From the human T2T-CHM13v2.0 reference genome, Homo sapiens, in NCBI RefSeq assembly GCF_009914755.1, contig NC_060936.1: DNA of 64,000 bases, one strand, 5' to 3'. The stretch's first letter is position 1; the number at the start of each line of letters is the position of its first letter. Made by a program: the position numbers and the translations under genes. A model generated the notes under the pieces. It saw only the letters and a program-made list of their open reading frames with translations, searched no databases and had not been told where the DNA came from. This document shows, in pieces, positions 14,206-27,084 of the stretch.

Positions 14206-14929
14206 TGTAGACTATACAACCCTCGCATTTCCTGGCTAGTCATAATTTCAGATATTCTGTTCCACTTTTAAACCAGGTCAGGTAACATTCCAGTTTTTCA
14301 TTTGGAAAAAATTGTAGGTAGGGAGACTATTTATGTTTTACAGACATAAAAAAGATGACTATCTACCTAATAAATATAGGAACCTGAAACACATACATGA
14401 TATAAGTGAAATTCACATAACATTGAGTATAAGTGATTAAACATTAGTGTCCTTGAGCTACAATAGCTTATTTTGGAAGACAAGGGTGTTTGCAATGATG
14501 AGAAGATCTGATTTCGGTTAAGATTTTATGCAAGAAGAGCCATAGCCTGGCAAAGAGGCTGGAAGGTTTCTTCCACATAAACAACACCCAGAAAGAGAAG
14601 GTGCCCATGAGAGCTAGATGCAGGTCCCCCCAAAATACCACAAATACAAGCACTGTCCAGTTATTTCTCAGCTAACCAGCCTGGTGACACCCTAAGACTG
14701 CATGTGAGGAAAGCATATAAACAAAGAAGAGACCAAGATGGAGTCATGAATGTACTGAAGCAAGAAATCACCTGAGCAGTACCAGCTTCACGGGATTATG
14801 ACAGGAGGAGCGTCCTAGAAGATACTCCATATCAGACCAGCACTAGGGCTATTTGCTTAGCTACACATGTTGAGGGTTATCACTGGTCCCTTAGTGAGAA
14901 GGACAGAGGTGGCCGTCAGAACATTCTCT

Positions 14930-15120
14930 CTTCTGTAGTCAGAGTCTCACTGAGTTAGAACCCTATCTCTGCTGTGATACTTGGGCCAAGTGACCCTCGT
15001 CTATTACATGGGAATAATGATTTTAGCTGCCTCACAGGATTATTGTGGTATACATGAGATAAAAGCATCAAGCATTTACCAGAAGGCCTAGAACACAGTG
15101 GATGCTCCATATTTTTACTA
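14930..15120 (+). mobile_element. MIR
   Basis: TGTGATACTTGGGCCAAGTG...ATGGGAATAATG...GCCTCACAGGATTATTGTG. Confidence 0.65.
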
Positions 15121-15224
15121 TAACAAAGTGCTATTTTGATAAATAAATAATTCTAGTATCTTAAAACATAAGACACATTAGGCCATGCAATCATTCTCAC
15201 TACTGAAGGTAGCTTAGTCATTCC

Positions 15225-15539
15225 TTTTTTTTTTTTTTTTTTTTTTTTTTTGAGACGGAGTCTCGCTCTGTCGCCCAGGCCGGACTGCGGACTGCAGTGG
15301 CGCAATCTCGGCTCACTGCAAGCTCCGCTTCCCGGGTTCACGCCATTCTCCTGCCTCAGCCTCCTGAGTAGCTGGGACTACAGGCGCCCGCCACCGCGCC
15401 CGGCTAATTTTTTGTATTTTTAGTAGAGACGGGGTTTCACCTTGTTAGCCAGGATGGTCTCGATCTCCTGACCTCATGATCCACCCGCCTCGGCCTCCCA
15501 AAGTGCTGGGATTACAGGCGTGAGCCACCGCGCCCGGCC
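15225..15539 (-). mobile_element. AluYb8, full length, human-specific
   Basis: Carries the Yb8 7-bp duplication (GCCGGACTGCGGACTGCAG on +) plus GGTGGATCATGAGG, CTAACAAGG, GGGAAGCGG and GATTGCG diagnostics. One CpG transition versus the recalled consensus; 27-nt T tract at 15225-15251. Confidence 0.97.
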
Positions 15540-16730
15540 TGGTCATTCTTAATAAATTTATTCATATTCTCCATAAAGCTCCTAGTTCCAAGACCTTTCC
15601 AGGAATCAATGAAGAAATTAAAATAAGTTGACACTGTCTAAATGGTACAGTCATCACTGGGGACCCACAATGGGTAGAAACATGGAAGTAGCCTCCTTAC
15701 AGAATGCTATCTCAACAAGTCAGCTCTGACTGGGAATTCCAAGTAATAAGTACTGGTCCAAACAACCAGGCCCTCAAATAGATCAGGGACAGCGTAGTTG
15801 GAGTTTATTCAACTATGAGCTTTAGCAAAAGACCTCTCTCTGGTAATTCTTCTCAGCAAAGATCATCTTGCTCTTCAAACACAATCACAATACGTGGAAT
15901 TGTGGCATTTCTAGGGCTAGGATCATTACTCAGGTTTCTTGAGCCACAACATTTTGTCTTACGTTAAACACAGTGTTTCTTTATTTTAGTTTCCTTATCT
16001 AAATAGAAATCCCTGATAAAATAATGTTTTAAAAATAATGAAGGTAACAGGTTGATGAGCATAGCCTTGATCAGTCAGCATATAATTCCAGCTGGGTCTC
16101 TTACATCTAAGCCATGTATTGACTAATAAGCACCCTCTCCTGTCACATGCAATGGCTTGCACACATCACAGAGTTATTTGCAAGTTAATATATATTAAAA
16201 TCACATATGCCCACACACATTACTTCTGTGCATCGGGGACCTCAAGAGATAATACATCCATCTTCATTTGTGACAGTGTATGCACCCATAGTTCATAAAT
16301 GGTGATAAATGAATTGTCATGCCGTCCCAATGGCATAACATACTTATCCCCTATTCTTGCCGTATTAATACATGTTCATTTCGGCACCAGTCAAATCTTT
16401 AAAATGAGGGATCTAACACTTGCCTCCTATTGGTAACCACAGAAGAATGCTAATTTCACCTCTCAACACCCAGTATAATTTGTTTGGTATGCAAATTGTC
16501 AGAAGAATAGAGGAACCAAAAAGTAATAATAATTTCAACTAATTATGCCTTTTTGATATGCCCAGACAAATCTAGATGAAAAATACTTACACGGTTTATA
16601 TTTCAGTAAATCCAAGAATAGGTAGCCATCAGCATCTACCCCACTCTAACACAGGTACCAACACAACAGAGAAGGGAATCGAGGCAGGCAGAACTGCTCA
16701 GGCTGATGAATGTGCCTGTGAACTGTTTTT

Positions 16731-16998
<268 letters not shown>

Positions 16999-17192
16999 TA
17001 AAACAGCCTAATTGGTGTATTTATCACTTTAGCATCTGCCTCATGCTAAATTAGTGAATAAGTGGTTATTCACTAATAATTGTCATCCTTGCCTTATTTT
17101 TTATAGTCAGCTCTCTATTTTGGGAGTGCTAATGGTGGTTTGGAACTTAACCCTGTCCAGGGCCTTTCAAGAGTGTGTAATACCTTTTGGCC

Positions 17193-17482
17193 TTTATTTT
17201 TTGAGATGGAGTTTCGTTCGTTGCCCAGGCTGGAGTGCAATGGCACAATCTCAGCTCACTGCAACCTCCGCCTCCTGAGTTCAAGCCATTCTCCTGCCTC
17301 AGCCCCCTAGGTAGCTGGGATTACAGGCATGCACCACCATGCCCTGCTAATTTTGTATTTTCAGTAGAGACGGGGTTTCTCCATGTAGGCCAGGCTGGTC
17401 TCAAACTCCTGATCTCAAGTGATCCGCCCGCCTCCACCTCCCAAAGTGCTGGGATTGCAGGCGTGAGCCACCATGCCCGGCC
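17193..17482 (-). mobile_element. AluSp
   Basis: CTAATTTTGTATT, GTTTCTCCATG and TGCAATGG diagnostics. Confidence 0.9.
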
Positions 17483-17975
17483 CTTTCAGCCATTTCACAA
17501 CCTTTCGGCACCTGCACGCAGTGATGGCTAGCAAAAGGAGATAAAACCTGGGGTCACTGAATCACAAGGCTGAAAGGGAACTTAGACATCATGGGCTCCA
17601 TGCTGCCTGCCCACAGTCTCCCCCACTTCTCTTTCCACTCTCTCTACCTCCCTCCCTCGTGTCCCAGCCTCACCCTCCCTTCTATCCCTCAAAGCTTTCA
17701 GTCTGTTTAGCTGGTAAAATAATATTTAGGACTAAAGATATAAAACAAATGGCTAAAATGAGGAGTTGCATTAATAGTGAATCTTGTGAACTAATTCTCT
17801 TGAAGAAAGATGACCCAGCACTAATTAGTTGTTTCCAAAATTTTCTGATTATGCATCCTATGGGAAAAAAAAAAATTAAAGCACACACTATATATAGAAT
17901 TTCGTATATATAAGACTGTCCTAAAACATGGTATACATTTAAACAGATACCAAAAGGAGATAAAAGTAGGAATAG

Positions 17976-18278
<303 letters not shown>

Positions 18279-19769
18279 TTATTTTTTTTCTTTTCACAAG
18301 CACCCAGCTTGGAGAACACAGACCCTTATGAGCCACTCACTTTCATGAGTGTCTCCCAGATTCGGGATGGTTCAGTTTGCCACTTCGGGTGACATCCTTG
18401 TGATGGTGTCTTGTGAAGGAGAACTTTGGACACACTCCTCCGTCAGAGTGCTACAGACCCTGCAACACATCTTTTCTTAATCCTCTGCTTACTGGGGGTT
18501 TGCATTTCAAAGCAATATTCTGTTTTTGGTGAGCATAGAAGCAACACTTAGGAAACATGAGTCAAACCTTCTGAAACTACATTCACATTAAAAAACGAAT
18601 GCTTTCTCTCAATCACCTCTCTATGTGGGACTAACAGGTGGCCCTGGGAAGCAGCCAGGACCAAATAAAGCCTTCCATCAAAACCAAACAAAGAACAGGT
18701 GAGGCTTCTCAAAGGTGTGGTCTCCAGGGTTGCTGAATGCACAACTCTCAGAGAAAAGAACGCTGGAGGAAAACACTGAACTGACAAAGTCGGTGATTTA
18801 TAATCTCTCATTCCCATAAAATGACTCTCGTTATTCTTGGGAGCTTCGACTCTGAAGCGAGCTGTAATGGGCCACTGGGCTAAAAATGAAGTGCAGATTT
18901 ATTTCTATAATCACCACCAGTCAAACCCTTCCCTGGGAAATCACTAACTTGGTTTTCAAAGTGCTGGGATACCTTTAGAACGTTTGAGATTTATCTTTGG
19001 GATTGAGTGCTTGTGTTGCTCTGGGAAATTCTAATTGAGTTGTAGATGCCTCCATCAGTGGACTGGGGAGTTTTGGAAAGACAACAGAGAAGTAGGGCTT
19101 CACTTCCCTTTCACATTCAGTTCTGAGAAAATTCCTATGTCAAAGAGATGGTAAGTAAACAGCAACTACAAATACATCAAATACTGGGCTGAGAGACTCC
19201 CTGATCCAGCTGCTATCCAGAAGGCCAAATAAGTTTAACCTCAAAGAAAATTTAAATTCTGAAATTGAATTTGACTCATGACAGTTTCCTACATTCACAG
19301 CTCTTGGCCATCAACAAGCTGAAGGTGGGGTGCTTCCCTTGCTGTGCAAAGAATCGTTGGACCTAGAAAATATTCTGATATACTCATATAGCCATAAATC
19401 TCCAAAGTTAAGGTAAAAGATACTTACAAAAAAAGTAAAACAACTAAATAAATAAGAACCACAGGATCCTTAGTGTAACTCGAGCTCACAGCACATTATA
19501 TAACACTGCCCTTACTCTGGCACTCAGGTGATCAAGCAGCCACTGGGGTTCTCACTAATGCCTCTTGGCAGATGTCTTAACTCATAATAAGTTCATTTAT
19601 TGCCTGCATGCATGCAGTGTCCTTTCCCTGACTTTGCTTCATCTTTAATGAACCTTCCCAATTTTCAACTTCATATGATAGTGAAGGGAACTCCAGGCAG
19701 TCTCCAGAACTGAAAACTACAAGTCTCTGCTGTGGACTTACCATTATATTCAGAGCGGAATCCAAAAAT

Positions 19770-19925
19770 CAAAGAATTTTAGAACTGGAAGGAATATGGG
19801 GGCACATTTACACCCACTTTTTGACAAAAACTTTGAGGCCCAGTAGGAAAAAGTCAGTTGCCCAAGGTCACCCAAATGATCAGTGGCAGTGTTGGGAATA
19901 AAATCTGGTTCTTCCAGCTCTGCCA
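19770..19925 (-). mobile_element. MIR (MIR3/MIRc-like)
   Basis: AGAATTTTAGAACTGGAAGG...TGAGGCCCAG...TTGCCCAAGGTCACCCA. Confidence 0.7.
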
Positions 19926-20509
19926 TAACTCCTTAAAACACTTTAAAGGATTAAAGACCCTGAGGAATGAGAGAAAAAAGACACGTCTTTGCTTTGAATG
20001 GGTCAAAGGTCCGAGCAGGTCAGAAACTGTTCCCACCATCTAGAGCTTTAGCCCATAACAAGACAAGACTGCCAGAATTTGCTCTACCATGGCCTCTTCT
20101 CTAACTGGCCAATTAATTTTTTAAATGATTTATGATGATTCTCAAAGAAAATGCTTTTCCTGCAAGAGGAATTAATATGCTGAACTTAAAATATTTGCAC
20201 TAATTACTAAAGGTCAAAATGGGATTGTGCAGAAACATTAATCAGAGGGCCCAAGGGAATAGGAATACATTGGACAAATAGTGTAAAGCTCTAATCAAAA
20301 TATTGAGAAAGGTGCAGTTTGTTGCTTATGCAACTGCAAACTGGAGCAAGGACATTCTCCCTTAAATCTAGACCATGGAACCAATGATGACTAGCAAATA
20401 ACCATATTTCAATGGCTCCAAAGGTCCTTAAGAGAAAATCCAAAGTCAGTTATTAATGCAGTAAAGCTCTCCCTCCTCATCAATTTTTACCATTGTTTTT
20501 TTTTTCTGT

Positions 20510-21372
20510 CCATCCACCCTGACCTACTTTCAGTCCCTCAGACCTGCCATTCCTCTAGAGCTGCCCACTTACGGCTTCTCCTGCTTAGAATACTTCCCTG
20601 ACTACCCCAGCCACTCCCTTTCATATGGATGAATCCTATTCATCCTTTAGGTCTCCTTAAATGCACATCCTCTATGTAGTGAGGTCACATTGCTCACCCC
20701 AATTTGTCATACTTCACTGTATTCACACACTTCTTTTGGATGACTTTGAAATTTCTTCCAATAATGAGTTAGAGAATATTTCCCCAGACTTTACATTTGA
20801 GTTCAGCCCCATGACTTTCTTTAACCAATAGATCGAGGCAGAAGTAACAATGTCCCAGTTCTGAGCCTAAGTCTTAAGAGGTCTCACGTATTTCCACTTG
20901 CCTTCTTTGATTCTGCCATAGCCATGAGAACATACTTGAGCTAAACTGCTGATCCCAGGAGGAATATAAAATCATCTAGAGTAGAACCATCCAGGCAAGC
21001 TTCATCAGCCAAGCCTAGACCAGATCAGCTGTTCCCCCGATGACCATGGACACATGAGTGAGTCCAGAGAAGATCTGCAAAGCTGCTTGGCCTAGGCCAC
21101 CCAACCTGCAGATACCTGAGAAATTACAAATGATTGCTGTTTCAAGCCTTTGAATCTGGGGCTGACTTATTACACAGCAAGAATACTTTTTCCCATCATA
21201 GAAGTCATTACACCTTATTAAAATCCTTGGATTAATTTCCTTTCTCTTGAGGATTGCCTATTCCAATACAATTAAAACTGTGCCTACCTGGCTCCTCATA
21301 TTATTTCAAGTTTTAGTACAGTTTATTGGTACACAGTGGAAACCCATTAAATAACTGGTTGTTGAATGAATA
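20510..21372 (+). mobile_element. L2, split by an MLT1 LTR
   Basis: ACTTTCAGTCCCTCA...CCTATTCATCCTTTAGGTCTC (to ~20675) and TAGTACAG...GGTACACAGT...TTGTTGAATGAAT (from ~21186). Confidence 0.6.
20676..21185 (+). mobile_element. MLT1H/MLT1I-like MaLR LTR
   Basis: TGTAG... start; CCAATAG...GCAGAAGTAAC...CCAGTTCTGAGCCTAAGTCTTAAGAGG...ATTGCTGTTTCAAGCC...TTACACAGCAA end. Confidence 0.8.
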
Positions 21373-22122
21373 CCTTATCTTTGTGAAACATTTTCTTTAG
21401 AGTCTCTCTCTAGCCTTGATAGCAAACTGCCCACCTACAGTTTTCAAAGCCCTCCCACACTTGGTACAGCATTTTAACCTGACAACAATCAGCAAAGTAG
21501 ATTATGTTTATTTGATCACATGCTAGACAAAATGCTTGTGAATACAAGGTGCTTTTTTGCACATCTCATTGTTTAAACTCATTGTGGTTTTATAGTCAGT
21601 ACTAAACAGATGGATGAGCATTTCCAAATAAAGCTTATTCTTACATTTGGCATCAGATTCTCTGTTCCTCCAAATCTCTCCAACCTGTATAAATTACATT
21701 CAAAGTCAGTCTTTGAATACATGCAAACCTGTTAGGAATTAAGATCCCGTCCTGCTGTAAACGATTGTTGGCAACCTGAATACGGGAGTGAAAATTGCAC
21801 TTACATAGTCATCAAAGAGCCCCGTGTCATGCACCTGTTTCTTCATGGTGCTTTGGAAAAAGGGGAGACACAGGGAATTTAACAATCCCTTTTGCCTTTA
21901 TATCACATTCCAACTCTTCACTTGCACTGAACATTCATAATTCTAAGAGTTTAGCATTGTCAAGGACTCAGCTAGCATGAACTAAGAGAAAACGGAGATT
22001 CAATTCATTCACTCCATTTTTTTTTTTTACTTTTTATTATTGTGGCAACAATATGAGTGTACATAATGCTACTGGACTGTACTTTCATTTGACCCATCTT
22101 TGCTGCTCTAGGATCACCAAAT

Positions 22123-22194
22123 CCTTCACCTCTATGGCATTTAAGGTAAGAGATTTTCTTACCTTCACCTCTATGCCATTTAAGGTAAGAGATT
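22123..22194 (+). repeat. 33-bp direct duplication with 6-bp fold-back spacer
   Basis: CCTTCACCTCTATG(G/C)CATTTAAGGTAAGAGATT at 22123-22155 and 22162-22194. Confidence 0.95.
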
Positions 22195-22714
22195 ACTTTT
22201 GAGAGGAACTGTGCCTATCTCCCTGGTGGACAACCACACTTTCTTTTCTTCCACAGTCTCCACTCAACAGTCTGCCCCCCACAGGAGAGGGGAGTGAATG
22301 AAAAGTAGCCTTTGTGCTAGAACAACCAATCAACCTTGAAGAATAAAACCCTCTGGATACAACCATCAGGACCAAATGCGTGCTGAAGAGAAAAATCATG
22401 ACCAGATTATTCCAACAGCCAGCTCTCTTCTTAAGAGATCAACACATCCTTAGCACTTGTTGAAAGAGGAGGCCTAATTTCTGAAAATTATTGTCTCAAG
22501 GCTTAGAATCTTACCAAAAAAATAAATAAATAACTTCTTAGAATATACAAGTGGGGCTAAAGAGGAAAGAAACACTCCACCTCCTGGAGAAATGTCGGCC
22601 GCTCTAGAACTGTCTGGTCTGGTTCTGCTAGTAAATGGCCATTGAGATCACAAAAAGCTTCATGAACTGGGAACAAATTTGCCCCACATGCTCAGTGCTC
22701 ACCAACAGGGAAGG

Positions 22715-22876
22715 GGGTGCTTCCGCATTTGGGGTGTTGCAGATTCACCTTTGGCAACTTAGAATGAGTCTTAGAAATCATTCAGATTCTATTGCATTAA
22801 ACATGACATCTATATTTTAAACAAGCCCCCTGGTAGTTCAGATGGAGGTGGTCGGTGGACACTTTAGAAACATCTG
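22715..22876. mobile_element. MER5-family hAT-Charlie relic
   Basis: TCTATATTTTAAACAAGCCCCCTGGTAGTTCAGATGGAGGTGGTC...CACTTTAGAAACATCTG. Confidence 0.6.
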
Positions 22877-22959
22877 TATCCCTGTCTTGGAAGCAAAACA
22901 AACTAGATGCAAAAGGAAACGTCCCCTCCCTGAGGCTCCCCGTGATACTTATGTGGAAC

Positions 22960-23080
22960 CCGGAAATAATAATGACATGTGTGTCCTAGCATGAGCATGA
23001 GAATTAGACAACACATGCAACAACTCAGAAATTTGCCTGGCCAATTGAAGGCACCTAATAAATGTCGGCTATTATTATTA
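22960..23080 (+). mobile_element. MIR 3' fragment
   Basis: TGAGAATTAGA...TGCCTGGC...AATAAATGTCGGCTATTATTATT. Confidence 0.6.
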
Positions 23081-23224
23081 TGTGGCCTTTTATGCATGGT
23101 TGATTCCTGAGGCACAAACAAGCCATCAACTTCTTCCAACCCTTCACGTGAGAAGGTAAAAACCTTGACTTCAATTGAGGTCTGTTTTTCTCGGTAGATT
23201 AAATGCCTTTCTTCCCTCCTTTAC

Positions 23225-23545
23225 CTTGTGAACTCCTTGTGGATCTTGTCTTTTCAAGATTCTTTTCCAAACAATGCCTCTTCCAAGGAGTGTCCTCACC
23301 TTCCACAGGGCCAGCTCCTACCCTCTCAGAGGTGACCAGTGCACTCACACATACCTCCTTTTCAGGGCCTGTTACGTGGCGCTAGAACACTTTGCAGACT
23401 TGCCTCCCCACCTGATTGTGACTGGCTCAGAGTAGAGTTAATTATTTCTCTAAATAAATCCTTCTGGTTATCTACTCATACCTCTCAGTCACCCAGTACA
23501 GCACCTGGGACCCACAGGCGTTTAGAAAATGTTTGGGGGAACAGT
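23225..23545 (+). mobile_element. L2 fragment
   Basis: CCTCTTCCAAGGAG...CCCAGTACAGCACCTGGGACCCACAGGCGTTTAGAAAATGTTTG. Confidence 0.5.
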
Positions 23546-23614
23546 GAAGGAATAGAAAAGGAAATAGACTAAAAGATTGGACGTGACCAACGTAGGGTCT
23601 CAGCATCTGGGTGA

Positions 23615-23875
23615 TGAGGCTGGTTAAGAGCAGGGCTCCAGAGCCAGGCTACCTGAGCTTGGATCTAGACTCCACCTCTTACTAGCTGGGTGACTTTGGA
23701 CAACTTAGTCACATCTCTGAGCCTCAATTTCCTCATTTGTAAAATGAGATAAAAACCTCTGCTACCCTCATGTGAGGCTTATGTGAGGAACATATGTGAG
23801 GGTTAAACAAAATAAATAATAGGAATTATGTACACATAGGTAAGTGTTCAATAAATGTTAATAACTGTTGTTGTT
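23615..23875 (+). mobile_element. MIR (MIRb-like)
   Basis: GGTTAAGAGCAGGGCTCCAGAGCCAG...CTCTGAGCCTCAATTTCCTCATTTGTAAAATGAG...TCAATAAATGTTA. Confidence 0.85.
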
Positions 23876-23879
23876 GCTA

Positions 23880-24112
23880 ATGGTGTAAGTTACAGGCTTT
23901 GAAGTCAGACAGGCTTGCATTTAAATCCACATTCTACCACTTACTAGTTTGTATGACCTTGGGAAAGTTTGTTACATTACATTTTGTAAACATCAGCTTC
24001 CTCATCTATAATATGACAATAATATCTGTATCAAGAAAATAATACACTTTAAAAAATGGCTAGCAGCCTGATGCCTGACACCCACCAAGTGCTTATGAAG
24101 AGTCATTATCAT
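23880..24112 (+). mobile_element. MIR (second, tandem copy)
   Basis: CAGGCTTTGAAGTCAGACAG...TACCACTTACTAG...TGACCTTGGGAAAG...TTCCTCATCTATAA. Confidence 0.8.
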
Positions 24113-24483
24113 CAAGGCAGTCACTACAAAAAGGGCAAACTGAGGCAGGGACTGAGAATGGAATCCAGACGGAATGTAGACCAGTGTCATGAGATCCGGC
24201 CAAAGAAATAGTGTCCTGGGTCTGTTGAAAGAGGCCTGGTTGCCTTCTACTCTGCTTAATGCTTGTGGACAAGAACGTGTAGGGACTGCCACCTCCCAGA
24301 GCAAGGCAGGACTCTTCGAGGACCCGCTATCCTGCCCCGTACCCCAGATTGGGCATCCTCTGCACTCACACAGCTGTGTTTCCACCATGTTGTTCTCAAC
24401 TTAAATGTATCTGTTTGGGTGTCAGTGTCATGCCTCACATCCTTGAGGATGCATGCCTCACACCCACTGCCAGGAGTATTTAC

Positions 24484-24528
24484 GGAACCCAATAATGTTC
24501 CTTAATAATAAGGAACCCAATCATGTTC
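24484..24528 (+). repeat. 17-bp direct duplication with palindromic junction
   Basis: GGAACCCAAT(A/C)ATGTTC at 24484-24500 and 24512-24528. Confidence 0.85.
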
Positions 24529-25822
24529 ATGGACTTGGTCTGGACACTTGAAAGGCACGGATAGAAGACATGTTGACATAAAAGAGTCTGAATCCCAACA
24601 CAGGTTCTTCAGCCCTCAATTTAATTCTGATGTCTACATGTGCTTGTGTCATTTATTTTGCTTTAAGAATTTTGAAATTATCTCCCCCACAGTTACCAAG
24701 TAAATAGGTTTCAACTCCTCAACCTTAGACTGCATAAGATTTCTGAGGTTCACAAACCTAAGGGAAAAGTCAAATTTCCTTCTGTTCTCTTCTCATCTCC
24801 ACCCCTTGCTCCCCAAACACAAGTTTCTAAAAAGTCTTTCTGGTGGCAAATCAGCTGCTTAAAAGTGTTATTTTTTAATAAAGTGTTCAAGTCAATCTTC
24901 CCCCAAGAAGATGGGGGAAAGAAAGCAAACACATTGTTTCACCATCATATATACATACACACCAAGAAAACTTAGTTCCTGTTAGTGAAGTCTATCTCTG
25001 TGTGTTTGCGAAAACTCAATTTGCAGCTGGGGAAAGTGGTATTTATTTGAAGGAGCTTATTGCTGAAAGTGAATCATAAATCTGCTGGCTGTTGAGACTT
25101 CAAGGCAGAAGAACAGAGGCAATTATTAGTCTGAATGTTCCACTGACGATATGAAATCTTTGTCTTTCAAAGCATTTGTTTAAGTAAGAAAAAGTTTGCC
25201 CAGGCTGCAGAACATTCTATTGTGGGAAGTGAAACTTCTGAAACCTCCAAAGCTTATTTATATATTTGCTAGGCTTCTCTCTGCCAACTTTCTCCTCTCC
25301 CAGAGCGTCCGTTAATGCTAAGAAAAGCCTCCGAAAAGCACACATTATAAGCAGAGAAAAATCTTAATGAATGTAATATATTTGGCAAATCTGTTTTATC
25401 TACTGAGGAGATTTCCTTCCTCTCTTCATCACTCATCTCTTTTGTTTCTTCTTTTTTTAATGTTGTTCCCCTTGATTTGTCCTTCTTCCTATGGAATTCA
25501 TTTTTCTCTCGTCCCAAAGATAAAAAATAGAATCCCAAACAATATCGTGACTTTCATTCTCTTGCCATTATGTTCTGTCTCTTCCTACCTAATTTTCTTC
25601 CTTAGAAGAGGGAGCCTTAAGAGCACAGTGTTAACTTCCCCTCTCTAGCCTAACCAGAGGAGACATATCCAGTGCAAAAGCCAGCTCCCAACTATGCACA
25701 GTTAAGCTGTACACTTTATAGGTGGTCCTTGGCCAAGGAACATGGCAAGCTCGCCTCCCCTGTCACTCAGCATGCTCCTCCCCTCAGCTGGTGTGTACTC
25801 AATAAGTACTAAGCCATCTTAG

Positions 25823-26119
<297 letters not shown>

Positions 26120-26371
26120 TTACTAAACCATCTTAATATAGACCTGAACACCCCAACATCAACTGTCAGCCATAGAAAGCAAACATTTACTCATATAAAG
26201 CATTCCAAATCCAAATTCAAAAGATTTGGAGTTATCTGGACAATTTCCCCCTGACACTAGTAAGCTTAAGTGACAGCAGAATGTGTTTGTATATCTTTGT
26301 ACACAATTTGATTCACCTTTCTATTGCAGCTGTGCAACCTAAAAATACAGCTGTGACCTGAGATTCTCTTA

Positions 26372-26517
26372 ACACCTTGCTAATCAGAGCATAGTACCCA
26401 GGCCAGCAGCAGCAACATCACCTGGGGAGCCCTAGCCTCAGGCTTACTGAATCAGAAATTTTATTTTAACAAGATCTCCAGGTGGCTTGCTTGCACATCA
26501 GGGTCTGAGCAGCTCAG
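26372..26517. mobile_element. MER5A-family hAT-Charlie relic
   Basis: CCAGCAGCAGCAACATCACCTGGG...TACTGAATCAGAA...TTTTAACAAGATCTCCAGGTG. Confidence 0.8.
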
Positions 26518-27027
26518 TTAACACTAAGCATAAAAGTGGCACCTGGAGGTTGGGTTTGAGAAGTGAGGGGCTGCACCTACTAAGCCTGCTGCTTCTGCTT
26601 TGTCAACCCTCTGCAGGGTGGTTGGTACCTCTCACGTGTCGCCATGCTCCCCATCCCCTTCCCTGACTCTAGTTGTTGTCACCTCTCCATCTGTTGGCTA
26701 CACCAGACTACTAGGGTCTTGGTCTTGGTAACTGCAGGTGACACTAGTGTATGGGCCAGCCATGCTCTTTCCTCCCTGCTGGGTCTGCCTGTACCTGTGT
26801 GAGCTGTTATCACAGAGACTGATAACTTGACATTTACAGTTTCTTTCCCAGAGAGGAACACAAGACATTTCATGAAAGCTGCACATAATCCTCCTCAATC
26901 CCCTGTAGAATGGGGAGGGAAAGTGCATTTTAAAATAATCCCATTTTGGTTATCCCACCTCAATGCTATTCTCTCCCCTTCTAGAATAAAAGAAAATAAA
27001 AAACTAAAGAGGCATTGCCCCTGAAGA

Positions 27028-27030
<3 letters not shown>

Positions 27031-27080
<50 letters not shown>
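27031..27080 (+). repeat. Perfect (TG)25 microsatellite
   Basis: Read directly. Confidence 0.97.

Positions 27081-27084
<4 letters not shown>

Noticed and set aside
24002-24505. Overlapping ORFs of 71-128 aa on both strands
   Set aside because: Partly MIR-derived, with no recognisable domain or supported splice structure.
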